From assembly GCF_009834535.1 (NCBI RefSeq), contig NC_045696.1, positions 51,090,001-51,154,000 on the forward strand: a stretch of 64,000 nt of DNA, in the 5' to 3' direction. Below, piece by piece: positions 26,601 through 40,453 of this stretch; the first letter of the stretch is position 1, and each line of letters opens with the position of its first letter. The notes beneath the pieces were generated by a model. That model was given only the letters and a program-made list of their open reading frames with translations. It had not been told where the DNA came from and made no database searches. The position numbers and the translations under genes were made by a program. This DNA is from Camelus ferus (lineage: Eukaryota).

Positions 26601-26610
26601 GTCACGTGAC
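26601..26610. promoter_or_regulatory. CLEAR element / E-box GTCACGTGAC (MiT-TFE/USF type)
   Basis: Exact 10-bp palindrome just upstream of ATP6V1A exon 1. Confidence 0.85.
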
Positions 26611-26639
26611 TGTCTAGGCCCGCCCCCCTCTGCAGCTGA

Positions 26640-26713
26640 AGACTTCCCCTCCCGCTGTGACAGAGCCTCTGGGTCTGTGATCGGTACAGTTTCTGCATCT
26701 CGCGCCCCGGCAG
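26640..26713 (+). other. ATP6V1A: ATP6V1A non-coding exon 1 (start approximate)
   Basis: Strong donor CAG|GTGAGC at 26713/26714, downstream of the CLEAR and GC boxes. Exon 2 has only ~10-13 nt of UTR after an acceptor, so an upstream exon is required. Confidence 0.8.
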
Positions 26714-29700
26714 GTGAGCAGCGACCGGTAACCGGCGGCTAGTGGGGATGGAAGAGGTGGGAGGAGGAAGAGAAGGGAGAGTGTGAACGTTGGCCTCTGC
26801 TGTCCGAGGTTTCCTCCCCGCTGTCATCCTGCACTGGCGAGGAGCTCATTTCTTCAGTTCTCTTGACCTGCTCCCCACTGTGGTCGCCCCTACAACCTAG
26901 GGATTTGAGATGTACACCTTTTCTGGGGTTGGGGGTGAGTGCGGCCATTATGGCTTCCTATTCGGAGTCTTTGGGGCTTCGGATAGTGGGCTTGGTTTCA
27001 GGCATTCCTTGTGGTCTGCAGTAGCCTCCTGGTCTCAATTCCCAAAGCCCATTCTTTGATGAAGGCCTTGCACGGTCTTTACCTTCAGCCTAGGGCTGGG
27101 GAGCGGGGAGATAGGAAAAACCCTGGAGGCAGAGGCGTCTCCTGTGAGACAGGCTTGGGAGAGAATGTCACTGATGTGGCCCTCACTGCGGAGTCATTGT
27201 AAAGCTTGCTTCCGAATGTGCATTCTCAGTAATTCTGAGTTTTTATCTGACATCCCTACAAGAGGCGTTTTATAGATGTTCATAAGCTTTGGATGGAACT
27301 GGAAGGATATAAGGGGGCCTTTTATCTTTCTCTTACCTGATTTTATGGTGCAGGAAGGGAGAGGACAGTTAAAAGAATAAAGATACACTAGGTTCAAAAT
27401 AGGCGATATTGGTAATGCGACAGTCTCGTTTGAATGGGGAGGTGCTGAAAGATGGTATTGCGATGTCACGATCTGCCGGAGACCCAGGCTACCTTACGAA
27501 AAGTGACTTCCCTGAAAGGGAAGTGATTCTTCAGAAATTAATTGGGCTGGAAAAATAGTTAAACCAAATGTATTTGACGGTAAACTTAAAGGTAAGGAGG
27601 TTAAGTCGAGATATTGTTGACTTCATATTTTTGGCCTTTGACATCCTCTTTTGCCGTTTCTCCCTAAAATCCTACTTAATTGCCACTCTCAATCAATTCC
27701 TTGACCAGTGGTAAATTTATATTAAGTAGCATTTGTATCCCTCCTTAGCTTTCCCCATTTGTAAACCTCCAGGTGACCTGTTCAGATTTTGATGAAAAGT
27801 ATTTTGTGAAAACATAGAAATTATGTTGTTTAGGTTTTTGCCCAATCCAGTGTGCTCCCATTTCATAGGTAATATAGTAACCAGTGTTTTGACCCCAAAC
27901 AATGTGCTTTAGGGAAGAGTGTTTTTCTGTTTGAGGTTAAACTCTTTTATTTATACTGCAAACTCTGAAAGTCCCTTGGTTCTTTTAAATTGGAAGTCCT
28001 TACAGAAATTACAAATTTTATTTTTAAAATTTAAGTTATACTTTTTCTTGGTCTGAAAAATCGTATTCTTAGATAAGCCTTGTAGTTTTCTAGCCAGTGT
28101 GATTGAAAGAATCCATTAAAAAGCCGAAAAATGAGGAAATTGGAATCATTATCTTTGGTGGGTGTGATTTTTGTTGTTCTGTATCTTCCAAATTCTCTAC
28201 AATAGACTGTTCTTATTAAGGGGAAATTAAAATTCTAGAGTAAGAGCAATTTAACAAAATATTTTATAATAAGTTCCAAATAGAAAAAACTAGCCTATGG
28301 ATACTCCTTACTAGAAAATATAATCTTTGAGGTCTTTCTTGCTTTCCTAATAGAGAAGACTACTATTTATAATTTATAATTTTAGTATTTTATACATATG
28401 ACTTATATTGGACAATAGCACTAATCTATTGATATATCTATGTATCCATGCCTACTACCAATATAAATATAGTTTTATCCCTTAATTTATTCCAGTGTGA
28501 GGTTCCCTGATCTCTGGAGGAGAGAAGAACATAAGCAGTGTTACCTTATTGCTCAGGTGACATTCCACCAATAAGAGGAATTCTTTAAGTGTCCTTGAAA
28601 TCCAAACCAGTCCTTTCTGGGTGAGACTAAAATGGGATAGAGAAAAACCAGCTAAAAAGGATGGAGTACTAGAGGGGAAAATATCAATATGAAAGAGGAT
28701 GAATGAGTTTGCAGTTTTACTTCACAATTTCCCTTATTTTAGAGAACTTACAAAAGCAATAATTTAACCACTGATGGAATTTGGAAGATTGGCAGTGGGA
28801 ATTTATGACTAAATTACTACTAAAGTTGAATTTGAAAAAGAGCTTTGACATTATATACAATTTGCACACACAAACAAGTGATTTGAAGCTCAGAAGCCAT
28901 TTCTGAGGCTAGCTTTATCAGTTTATGAGTATTACATGTAGAAATCTTAACATTCATTAGGGAATTGTGATGTATTCCATCATTAAGTGACACACAAATG
29001 TTTCTGTGTTAGGTCTCTGACACCTCTTATGTGCTTATTCTTAGGTTTTTTCTCTGTCACTGCCTTTATAGATTATGGCCACCACCAAGAATGCTTTCTT
29101 CCATTGTGCACACAACTAGCTACTCAGTCCTGTAGACTATTACGCAGTATTTTCTGTTTCTCTATTTTCTCTTCTGGCAGATTGTATTTAATTACTATTT
29201 GCTGGGCTGTTCCTTAGTAAACTATAAAGCTCCTAGCAATTCAAGGACAGTGTCTTTACTGTTACATCTTTAACACCACAATTCTGAAGTACCTGGTAGG
29301 CACTCAATAAATTATTGAATGAATGTTTGACAATTGGGCAGGGAGATTAAACTACTTTTAAAAAATTCTACTGACCAACTTATTTTCATAACATGTATGT
29401 TCATATACATGTTTGCAGCATGTTTGGATGATATGGAAGGGAAGAAAAGAGGAATGAGTTGTATTTAATGAAAAATGTGGCTCTGAATAGGCTACACGTG
29501 ATATAGCACTAGACTAAAAGTCAGAAGACCATCATTTAGCACTGCCACTTTAACTACCTGCTCTTTTAAGTAAAGTTGGGGTTGACGGTTTAGGATTTGA
29601 TACTGAGGAACCTTCCTGTCAAGGATATTGTGATTGCAAGTGAAATAAACCCTAGATAATCCCTATGAAAGTATTTTAAATACTTAGTGTTATTTAAATG

Positions 29701-29719
29701 TAAAGCAACATATTGCAGA

Positions 29720-29900
29720 CTTTAAGAGTAGATTTCATAATCCTGTAAACCTGGGTTCAAGTTCTGGTTTTACCACTTATTTAAGTTGTGTGACCTTGGA
29801 CAATTTACTTAATCTAAAATATTTCCTTAAGTTTAAGTCTATTCCATAGGTACTATTAAATTAGATTATGAATGCAGAGGGCCTAGTACATACAACGTAC
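29720..29900 (+). mobile_element. MIR relic
   Basis: cctgggttcaagttctggttttaccactta...tgtgtgaccttggacaatttacttaa core. Confidence 0.65.
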
Positions 29901-31497
29901 ATGTAAAAAATTAACTTTACTGATATCTAATTTGATTTTATATATTGAATTTCTAAAGGAGACTTTTAGATAATCCTATAAAGTTGAGCAACAAGTTTGG
30001 TGTATGCAGAATGGGGTAGAATTTGAAATGAGGCTGTTAGAAAAAAAAACAGCAAGAAAAATATACCTTCTAGTAAAGATTCTAAAACAGATTTATTAAT
30101 AGGTGCCGAGAATACCAACATAAAGCCTATTATCTTGGTAACTGCAGTGACTTAATATTTCCTATATAAAGATTTTCCAAATCTTATGATCGTTAATATG
30201 TGGAATCAATTTAAGGGGGTATTCTATTTCTAATTAATATTCCTGTATACAGTGGACTATAAAAATATATTAAAATTGTACTGAGTAGGTACAATGTATA
30301 GTAGGGACTTTTGAGTTTATGCTCATGTTTAAAATTTTTGCCTTTTATTTTAAATATTTTTATATCTTATTTTTTCCTCATTTGGAGTAGATGTAGGAAT
30401 ATAGAGAACACAGCAGAGATGTGAACTAGAGTAAAATTTTTCCTTTCCTAGATTGATGATTCACAACAATTAGTGGTTTTGTAATGGAAAATATCAGTAA
30501 ATTAAACAGTAACCGAAGTATAACTATCATGAGTTTATTTTTCACCTTACCCTGAAAAAATAGATTACTCATTTGTTCTAAGGAAAAATTTTATTAAGAG
30601 ATTATTGAATATTCTCTTTAATGTTGTTTTTGATTGTAATGAAATAAATTGTGATCAGCAACCATGTTTTCCATTTAATTTCTTTCTTAGAGACTTTAAA
30701 AGTTTATTTTCTTTTTTCCTGTTGTGGACTGAAAGTGACTGGTTTTTATAAGTGTATTCTTTTATGTATATATAGTATGTACATAATATATATGTAGTAA
30801 AGACAGCTGAAATAAATATATATTTTCATAGTAATAAATGTTTGTTTTTACTTCAAACTATTAAAGCCATCTTTAAAATTACTCACTACTGTGAATAAAA
30901 TTATTTAATGATTATTTGAAACTCCTCTTTATATTTGTTCATAGTTAGCTCTGTTTAATAAATTTCACAACTGCAATTAGGTTTTAAAAATTGATGATAT
31001 TTCATAGATATTTTCAGATTTAAGTTATGTTTTTTTGCTTGCTTTTTTTTGGTGTCACTCTTATGGCTAGCTACTACGATAAAAATTTCAGTTTTGAATC
31101 TTAATGCTATCTGTTGAAACTATTGTTCTTTTGTTGATAAACCTTTTAAAAGTTACATCAACAACATGCTATGTTTTATTTTCTGAAAAATAATTAAACT
31201 CACTTCATTGAAAATAAAATGGTTAATGCATACAAATGATACAAAAACTATATATGTAGAAATAATTGTATATGCATATTGAAAAGATGAACAGAAATGC
31301 ATGAAAATAAGGAATTATCTCTAGATTAGGAAATTAAAGAAAGATTTAAAATTTATTACTATACTTTCTATATATTTGAGTTCCTACAATCACTAGTCGT
31401 TGCTTGGGCAGCAAAAATTTTATTTGATGTGGAGAATTAAGGCATTTAAATAATGATTTCTTCTTAATTACTTGGATGTCTTAAGTGAAAAATTTTG

Positions 31498-31871
31498 TGT
31501 GTGTCTTAATTGAAGTATAGTGGATTTACAATGTTGTGTTAGTGTCTAGTATATAGTAAAGTGATTCAGTTATACATATATATACGTATTACTTTTCATA
31601 TTCTTTTCCATTATGGTTTATTACAGGATATTGAATTTAATTTACTGTGCTGTACAGTAGGACCTTGTGTATCTGTTGTATATATAGTAGTTTGTATCTG
31701 CTAATCCCGAACTCCTAATTTATTCCTCCCCTGACCCCTTTCCCCTTTGGTAACCATAAATTGTTTTTCTATGTCTGTCAATCTGTTTGTGTTTCATAAA
31801 TAAGCTCATTTGTGTCATATTTTAGATTCCACATATAAGTGATATCATATGGTATTTGTGTTTCTGACTTA
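31498..31871 (-). mobile_element. L1 3' UTR fragment
   Basis: TSD ttaagtgaaaaattttg (31481-31497) / ttaagtggaaaattttg (31872-31888). Confidence 0.85.
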
Positions 31872-31959
31872 TTAAGTGGAAAATTTTGACTTATCCAGAT
31901 AATTGAAAAAGTTATTTAATTTTTTAAGTGCAGATTTATTTTTAGGCCTACGTCAGTGC

Positions 31960-33250
31960 AGCAGAATTTTAAAAAGCAGAAGTAAATCCCAGCATATAAA
32001 GGAATTTAATACATGGTAAAGTGATACATATTTTAATCCCATGGGAAAAAAGGCACATCTATAATAAATATAACTGATGCAACTTGTCTGTCTAGAAGAA
32101 AATTAAATTGAGCCAGTACTTTGCAGCATATGCAGAAACCAATTTCAGATGGATTAAAAGCCTAAATATTTTAAACAATAAAAATATTAACTCCTAAAAT
32201 TTTTCTACATACACCCTCTAGACGTAGTAATGACCTTTTAAGCTGACATAGGAAATCTAAAAGTCGTAAAAGTAAACTTAGATATATGAAACTACATAGA
32301 AATGAAGAATTTTTCAATGGCAAAAATAAAGGACAAAAAACAGAATGAAAAAATATTTGAAATATGTATAACAGATATGGAGTTAACATTTGTAAGAACT
32401 ATTACATATTAAGGAAAAGTGCACACAGTAGAAAAATGGGTAAAACATGACCAGAACTTCAAGAAGAGATATCCAAACATTCCACAAACTTATGAAAAGA
32501 TGTATAACTCCGCTAGTAATCAATATACTAACAATGAAATATTCTTTTCTGATTAGCAAAAATTAAGCTAGTGGAGATGTAAATTGTTAGTTTTTTAGTA
32601 TACAGTCAGGCAATATCTGTTAATACTGAAAAAACATATTGTATCCAGCAATCCCACTCTGTTGGACTCTTTCCTTAGAAATAAAAACACTAGTAAGTAA
32701 GTGTTCACATAAATGTTGATTGCAGCATTGTTTGTAGTAGCAAAAACCTGGGAACAAAAGGAATGCCTGTCAATAGGGGTTTTGATATGTAACTTATAGC
32801 ACAGGCATATTATAGAATGTTTTTGAAGTCAGTTAAAAGTAGGAGTTAAATTGATGCTAGTGAATCAAAAGGATTTCCAAATAAAAGAATTTCCATCACT
32901 TATCTTAAGTGAGAAAGGCAGAGTTTAGAGAAATGTATAGAATGAGATTCCATTTTTGTAAAACAGTTGAAAAACACCATGAGTTTTGTATATGCCTGTA
33001 TGATTGTCAACATTGGAAGGAGGAAATAAGCAAAAGAGAAAAAGAAAAAAGACAGGGGTGTCCACAGTAATGTGTGCGTGTAAAACTACATGTTTATGCC
33101 AATCTGTACAAGACAAATTACAGGAAAGACTAGTCATCAAAATGTTTAGTGGTTATCTCAGTTCATGGATGGGCATTTCAGGTAATTTTTATTTTCTTAA
33201 CCCTTTTCTATATTATGAGTTTTTATTTTTACAATGAACATGTAGTAGTG
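31960..33250 (+). mobile_element. Ancient L1 (L1M-type) ORF2/3' UTR relic
   Basis: atggattaaaagcctaaat, tatgaaaagatg, ccagcaatcccact and gcagcattgtttgtagtagcaaaaac motifs in L1 order. Confidence 0.65.
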
Positions 33251-33984
33251 TTTCTCTAATTAGAAAAAAAACCAATACTACCTTTTTAAAAAGAAAAGAT
33301 CTGATAGGTCAAAGAAGGAATTAACAAAAGGAAAAGTTCCATTTGAAATGGCTAGAAATGGCAATTGTCTGGAATTTTTTTGTTTTGATTCCTTAGGTAT
33401 CTGAGGGGAAACTGTATAAATTACCCCAATAATTCCGTAAATTCTCCTTATTTTTGTGTATGTGATAACCCAATAAGAAATTATCACTAAAAATGTACAG
33501 GAAAGTGATAGGCATTACCAGATAGGGTTACAAATTGTATCTCTGGTGTGAGTATTAAGTCCTCCAGAAGTGCTTTCTGTCTGAGAGTTATAGAGCATAT
33601 TGTGCAAGTATGGAGTCTGTCACCTGACTTCTCATGATAGTCAGTACAAGGAAAAGCTCACATTTGAGTTTGGTTAATAAAAAAATCAGATACAAGAGTA
33701 ACTCTCCTTAAGAAAGCGTCAAATAAGAATGCCTTTGAAGAAGCAAAGTTTAAAGTATTTGTAGTTATTTAATACTTGATTTCAGTCCTTTTAAGAATCT
33801 GAAGTTAATATATCAGTCAAAGCCAAAATAGAAAATGGCAGGTGCTGTAGAGTGAGATTTGTTGGATGTTTAAAGCATCTGTATTTGTTTTCTTATGTTG
33901 ATTTTTTTGTTTTCCCCTTTTCCTTACCAATTTTATTAACTTAATTATATGAATATGTTCTTTATTATAAACTGTACAAATTTT

Positions 33985-35052
33985 TTTCTTCCAGTTTTTT
34001 TGAGATATAATTGACATACAGCATTGTATAAGTTTAAGGTGTAGGGCATAATGATTTGACATACATACATTATAGAATGAGTACCACAATAAATTTAGCG
34101 ACATCCATTGTCTCATTTGGTACAAATTAACAAAATTTAAAAAAAAAGTTTTTTTCATTGTGATGAGAACTCTTAGGATTTACTCTCTTAACAACATGCA
34201 TGTATAATATTCAGCAGTGTTAATTATATTTATCATGTTATACATTATATCCCTAGTACTTATTTATATTATAACTGGAAGTTTCTATGTTTTGACCACC
34301 TTCATCCAGTTACTCCTCCCCCTGCTCTCCTACCTCTGGTAAGCACAAATCTAATCTCTTTTTATATGAATTTATTTGTTTTTGAAGTATAATTGACCTA
34401 CAACAAATACTAATTTAGTTCCTGCTACACAACATACTGATTCAATATTTCTGTACATTTCAAAATAATCACAAGTCTAGTTATGTCACCCTGCAAAGAT
34501 ACTACATACTTATTGACTATATTCCCCACACTGTACATTTTATACCTATGACTGATTTCTTCTGCAACTAGAAGTTTGTACCTCTTAATCTCTCCCACCT
34601 ATTTCTTTCCTCCCCGAGTCCCCTTCACTCTGGCAACCACCTGTTTGTCCTCTCTATTTATGACTCTGTTTCTGTTTGGTGATGTTTGATCATTTGTTTT
34701 GTTTTTTAGATTCTACCTATATGTGAAATCATATAGTATTTGTCTTTCTCTGTCTAACTGATTTCACTAATACCCTCTGGGTCATCCACGTTGTTGCAAA
34801 TGGCAAGATTTCGTTCTTTTTTATGTCTTGAGTAATACTCCATTTTATGCCTACACCACATTATCTTTATTCATTCATCTATTGGTAGGCACTTAGGGTG
34901 CTTCCTTATCTTAGCAATTGTAAATAATACTGCAGTAAACACAGTGGGGTGCATGTATCTTTTCTAATTAGTGATTTTGTTTTCTTCAAATAAATACACA
35001 AGAGTGGAATTACTGAATCATATGGTAGTTCTATTTTTAATTTTTTGAGGAA
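33985..35052 (-). mobile_element. L1 3' fragment with long 3' UTR
   Basis: ORF2 remnant KIELPYDSVIPLLCIY; flanking tgtacaaatt at 33973 and 35053. Confidence 0.85.
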
Positions 35053-35119
35053 TGTACAAATTCTTTTTGACAAAAGTTTGAGTATATGTAAATAAAAAGT
35101 AATTTTAGAGAAGCAACAT

Positions 35120-35370
35120 AGCAAGCACAGAGGTTAGGGGTGTAGGCACTGGAGTCAGACTGTCTGGCTCAAATCCTGGCTCTGCTACTTCCTAGCAGTG
35201 TGACTTCGGGGAAGTTCCTTTTATCTTTCTGTATTACGTTTTTCTCACCTTTAAAATAAGGATATTAAGAGTATATTTATTTCATTAAGTGTTGTCAGTA
35301 TTAAATGAATAAGTGATTAGAGGAGTAACTGGTACATAATAAAAACTATATAAATATTTAGTTACTATGT
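35120..35370 (+). mobile_element. MIR
   Basis: ctggagtcagactgtctggctcaaatcctggctctgctacttcctagcagtgtgac. Confidence 0.8.
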
Positions 35371-35785
35371 TCTTTGCTCAGTTAATTATATAATTTATCA
35401 CTTGGCTTAATTGTTTTAGCACTCATTGAATCACTCAGTATTTTCTTTCTTTTTTTTTTTTTTTTTTGCTTTACAATTTTCAAGCTTCACACACATGATT
35501 TCATATAATCCTATAATAACCTTTGTTTTTCTCCTACCCCTATGTTGCCCCTCCCCCTTTTCTCTTCTCCACTGATAACCGCTAGTTTATTCTCTATATC
35601 TGTGAGTCTGCATCTGTTTTGTTTTATTCACTAGTTTGTTTTTTTTTTAGATTCTGCATATAAGTGATTTATTATAGTATTTGTCTTTCTCTGTCGACTT
35701 ATGTCACTTAGCTTAATGCCCTCCAAGTCCATCCATATTGCTGCATATGGCAAAATTTCATTCCTTTTATGGCTTTGTAGTATTC

Positions 35786-35789
<4 letters not shown>

Positions 35790-35829
<40 letters not shown>
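35790..35829. repeat. (TG)~20 microsatellite
   Basis: Direct read. Confidence 0.95.
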
Positions 35830-35831
<2 letters not shown>

Positions 35832-36189
35832 CACATCTTCTTTATCCATTCATCTGTTGATGGACACTTAGATTGCTTCCATACCTTGGCCATTGTAAAT
35901 AATGCTGCTATGAACATTGGGGTGCATGTATCTTTCAGATTAGTGGGGGTTTTTTTTTTCCAGCTATATACCCAGGAGTGGAATTGCTGAGTATATAGTA
36001 GTTCTTTTTTTTTTTTTTTTTTTTTTTGAGAAACCTCCATACTGTTTTCCACACTGGCTGTACCAGTTTATATTCCCACTAACTGTACAAGGTACCCTTT
36101 TCTCCACATCCTCTCCAGCATTTATTACTTGCAGACTTTTTACTGATAGCCTTTCTGACAGGTGTGAGGTGACATATCACTGTGGTTTT

Positions 36190-36321
36190 TTTGGGTGGGG
36201 TGGGGTGGGAGCTAATTAGTTTTGTTTGTATATTTATCTAATGGAGGTGCTTGAAATTGAACCGAGGACCTCCAGCATGCTAAGTATGCATTCTACCACT
36301 GAGCTATACCTTTCCCCCCTG
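36190..36321 (-). mobile_element. tRNA-derived SINE inserted in L1
   Basis: TSD actgtggtttt at 36179-36189 and 36322-36332. Confidence 0.85.
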
Positions 36322-39300
36322 ACTGTGGTTTTGATTTGTATTTCCCTGATGATTAGTGACAATGAGCATCTTTTCATGTGCCTATTGGCCATCTGCATTT
36401 TCTCTTTGGAAAGATTCACTTCTGCCCATTTTTTTAACTGGGGTTTTTTTTTTAATTTCTAATTAAGTTGAATGGATAATACCTGTACAAACATAGTAAA
36501 AATTATGTATTCATTCATGTGTATGTTTTTTCCCTCTCTCCATCCTTACTCTTTTTTCCCCATATATTTGTTCACAAAAGTAGCATTTCTTCATGTCATT
36601 CTAGACCTTACATTTTTCGCTTAACAGTGTTACCTTGGAGATTTTTCCACATTGATATGGTTAAAGATACCTTATTCTTTTTTAATAATAGTCTAATATT
36701 CAATAGTACTAATATACCATCATCATCATATGTAACATTTATTGAGAGTTTACTACTGTTTCAGACACTTTTCTTAATACTTTATTTAAATTAATTCATA
36801 GAAGGATCACAATAACTTTATGAGATAGGTTTTTTTTATCCTTATTTAACAAATGAGACAATTTAGGCATGGCATGTTTAAATGCCCAACAGTTACACAC
36901 AGTTCATGAGTAACAGGACTTTGGATTTGAACCCACAGAGTCTCTTTCCACAGATAACTATCTTAATACCTCTGAATGTGTGTGTGTATATATACATATA
37001 TTCTCTCATACTGCCACGAGTTACTTAACTATGTAGTCTCCATTTAACTGTGAAGTATGTAAGTTAATGGACATTCCAATCTTTTACTATAAGAAACAGT
37101 GCTGTAATAGATATTTTGTTAATAGGACATGTTGTATACATAAAGTAAATTTCTAGAAATGAAACAGCTGGATCCAAAGGATTTTGTACATTTTGAATTT
37201 TGGTGCCAAATTATTCTCCAATTTAGTGATACCCTGAAGGTCAGATTTGTCCTCAGTATTTAGCAAAAATCTGCCATTTATCTTAAGTCTTTGGTAAGCT
37301 GAATAGCTGAATGCCTATAACATTTCTTTCATCCCTAGATTATGTGTTATCTGCTATCATGTAATATCATAGTTTACCATCATATCTAATCATTGAAACA
37401 GGTCAGTATAAGAATAAGTTTGACAAATGTCATGACTTTTTGTTACTTTCAAATAACGGTAAGCAGTCTAGATATAACTCAAAGTACTCTTTATGTGATT
37501 CATGCATTGAAATTCTTATCAATTGAAGTTTGAATGTAAATTATTGGAGGAGTGAAATGCTACAATTGTTAATAATTGTGGAAATCGCTGATTTTAATGT
37601 ACCAAAACAATTATGTTAGAACTTTCAAATAGTAAATAGGGAATCAGATTGCCAACTAATATGAACATTGAGAATTTGATAGCTAGTCAAATGTAGGAAT
37701 AACTATCTTTTCATGTGAAAAATGGGTTGTCACTCTATGAGTCCTAGTCTTAGGTAATGCAGAATTAGGCAGTGAGGGGCTTTACTAGAGCTACAACATG
37801 CACAAATTATTTTGAATATAACATACTTCTGTTCAGTTTTCTCTATTTTTTCACTGTTTCAAGAAAGGGAAAAATATCTCTTATTAATCCAAAGAACAGG
37901 CTAATTGATACCAAAGTCTTCAATGTGATCCAAAGCAAACACTTAAAATGCAGAATGCTCAAGTCCCAACTTGGTACACCTACAGTGCTTGAATGCAGAT
38001 TTATAGTACCTGCTATTGTTCAGTGGTGTGTATGTGTGTATTTTAAATATGATCGCATCCTCATGCAAAGATACTGTTGGATAAGGAGAGTGGGGGAGGT
38101 CCCTATGAATAGGAAAAGACAAACGGACTGTTAATTCTTTATCATGAGTTATTTCTACCTCAGATAAGAGTGGTATGAAACAACAGACAATAACTATTTC
38201 TCTACCTTCACCTTCCAAATGAATCACTGAACCATAGCAACTTTGATATCCAAAATATTACTTAGCTTGAGTCTTGGGCGACAGACCCTTCTTTGCCTCA
38301 TGGCTCAAAAGTTCACTCAAGATAGGGTTAAGATTTTCCTAAATCCTCACCCAAGATACTGCCATTAAGCCCTGTTCTGAAACATAGATGAGTAAGTACT
38401 TTAGAGGCATATCTGACTAGTATACTCCTGAACTAATAAGGGACTGTGGAAATTCCCAGGATTTGCTGAACTTGACCGGACAAGAAGGTGCCCACACAGC
38501 CTTGTCAGGAGCCACATAAGTTCATTCTAAACAAACAGGCAAAAACCGGTTTGGTTGTTTTCAATGGTTCCCCTTACAGTGCTACTAGGGTTAAGATTCT
38601 CCATTAGTCTCATAAGCCATATAATCTTTTATAACTATTAGTTGACAAGTAAAAAGAAAATGCGATGTGTTCGGTGTAAGCATTATGCCTTTATAGGATT
38701 CATATTGTCAATACTTTGTCCTTTTTTAAAAGAAGTTTTATGGAGGCATAATTGACGTAATCACATATATTTCAGGTGTGCTGTTTGATGTTTTGATGTA
38801 TGTGTAGATACTTGTGAAACTGTCAGTATAGTGAACGTATCCATCCACCCCCAAAAGAAGTTTCCTCATGCCTCATCCCTACCTTCTATACCGCCCCACT
38901 ACCCGTCCCCAAGGAACCACTGATTTGTTTTCTATCACTATAGGTTAGTTTGCATTTTTTAGAATTTTGTATAAATGGAACTCTTTTTTGGAGTGGTCTG
39001 CCTTTTACATGTTTCAGTGATGCATTTCTTTTTTATTTCTGCACTCAGCAATGTGTATTCACTGTAAACCAAAAATACCACAATTTGTTTATCCCTTCAC
39101 TTATTGATGGATATTTGCATTGTGTTTCTACTTTTTGGCTATTATGAATAAAACTGCTTTGAACAGTCTTAAAAGTCTTGGGATATAAGCTTTCATTTCT
39201 CGTGGGTAAATACTGAGGAGTAGAATGACTGGATCGTATGGTAGGTGCATGTTTAACTTTGTAAGAAACTGCCACATTGTTTTCCACAGTGGTTGTGTAT

Positions 39301-39544
39301 TTTACATTCCTAGCAGCAGTATATGAGAGTTCTAGTTCTGCGTCCTTACCAACACTTCCTATGGTCAGTATTTTAAAATTTTAGCCATTCTACTAGGTGT
39401 GGAGTGGCATTTAATTGTGGTTTTCATTTGCGTTTTCCTAATGGTGTTAAGCATGTACTTACTTATTTTTCATGTATTTTTTTGCCATCCGTAATATATC
39501 TTCTTTGGTGAAGTATATGTTCAGATCATTCGCCCATCATTTTA

Positions 39545-39675
39545 TTTTTATTTTTTTCTTATTTGTTTGTTTGTTTTGATTTTGATTTCTTTTGATGGAG
39601 GTACTAAAGGTTGAACCCATGATCTCATGAATGCTAAATAAGCATGTGTTCTACCACTGAGCTATGCCACCTGCC
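39545..39675 (-). mobile_element. tRNA-derived SINE
   Basis: TSD cgcccatcatttta at 39531-39544 and 39676-39689. Confidence 0.85.
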
Positions 39676-39928
39676 CGCCCATCATTTTAATTATGTTGTT
39701 TTCTTATTGAGTTTTGAGAGTCCGTTTTATATTCTAGATCTAAGTCATTTATCAGACGTGTGCTTTACAAATATTTTCTCCCAGTCTGTTACTTGTCTTT
39801 CTGTTCTATTCTAAAGAGCAGAAGTAATTTTTATGAAGTATAATTTTCCAATTTGTTCTCTTATGGATTGTGCTTTCTAGTGTTCGTATCCAATAAATCT
39901 ACTTAATCCAAGGTCACAAGAAAGTTTT

Positions 39929-40453
39929 TTTTTAACATTTCTTTATTGATTTATAATCATTTTACAATGTTGTGTCAAATTCCAGTGTAGAGCACAATTT
40001 TTCAGTTGTACATGAACATATATATATTCATTGTCACATTTTTTTTTTCTCTGTGAGCTTCCATAAGATCTTGTATATATTTCCCTGTGCTATACAGTAT
40101 AATCTTGTTTATCTATTCTACAATTTTGAAATCCCAGTCTATCCCTTCCCACCCCCTGCCCCCTTGGCAACCACAAGTTTGTATTCTATGTCTGTGAGTC
40201 TATTTCTGTTTTGTATTTATGCTTTGTTTGTTTGTTTTTAGATTCCACATATGAGCGATCTCATATGGTATTTTTCTTTCTCTTTCTGGCTTACTTCACT
40301 TAAAATGACATTCTCTAGGAGCATCCATGTTGCTGCAAATGGCATTATGTTGTCGGTTTTTATGGCTGAGTAGTATTCCATTGTATAAATATACCACATC
40401 TTCTTTATCCAGTTGTCTGTTGATGGACATTTAGGCTGTTTCCATGTCTTGGC
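39929..40453 (-). mobile_element. Young L1 3' fragment
   Basis: Near-identical blocks to the 18768 and 46211 elements. Perfect TSD tcacaagaaagtttt at 39914-39928 and 40454-40468. Confidence 0.92.

Larger units (their letters stand above)
25270..26960. promoter_or_regulatory. CpG-island divergent promoter region of NAA50/ATP6V1A; two GC-rich lobes separated by an AT-rich spacer at ~26150-26260
   Basis: High CpG density against a CpG-depleted background, GC boxes, and first exons of both genes pointing outward. Confidence 0.9.
35500..36450 (-). mobile_element. L1 fragment containing a (TG)n repeat and a SINE
   Basis: ORF2 remnant DTCTPMFIAALFTMAKVWKQSKCPSTDEWIKKM. Confidence 0.85.
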
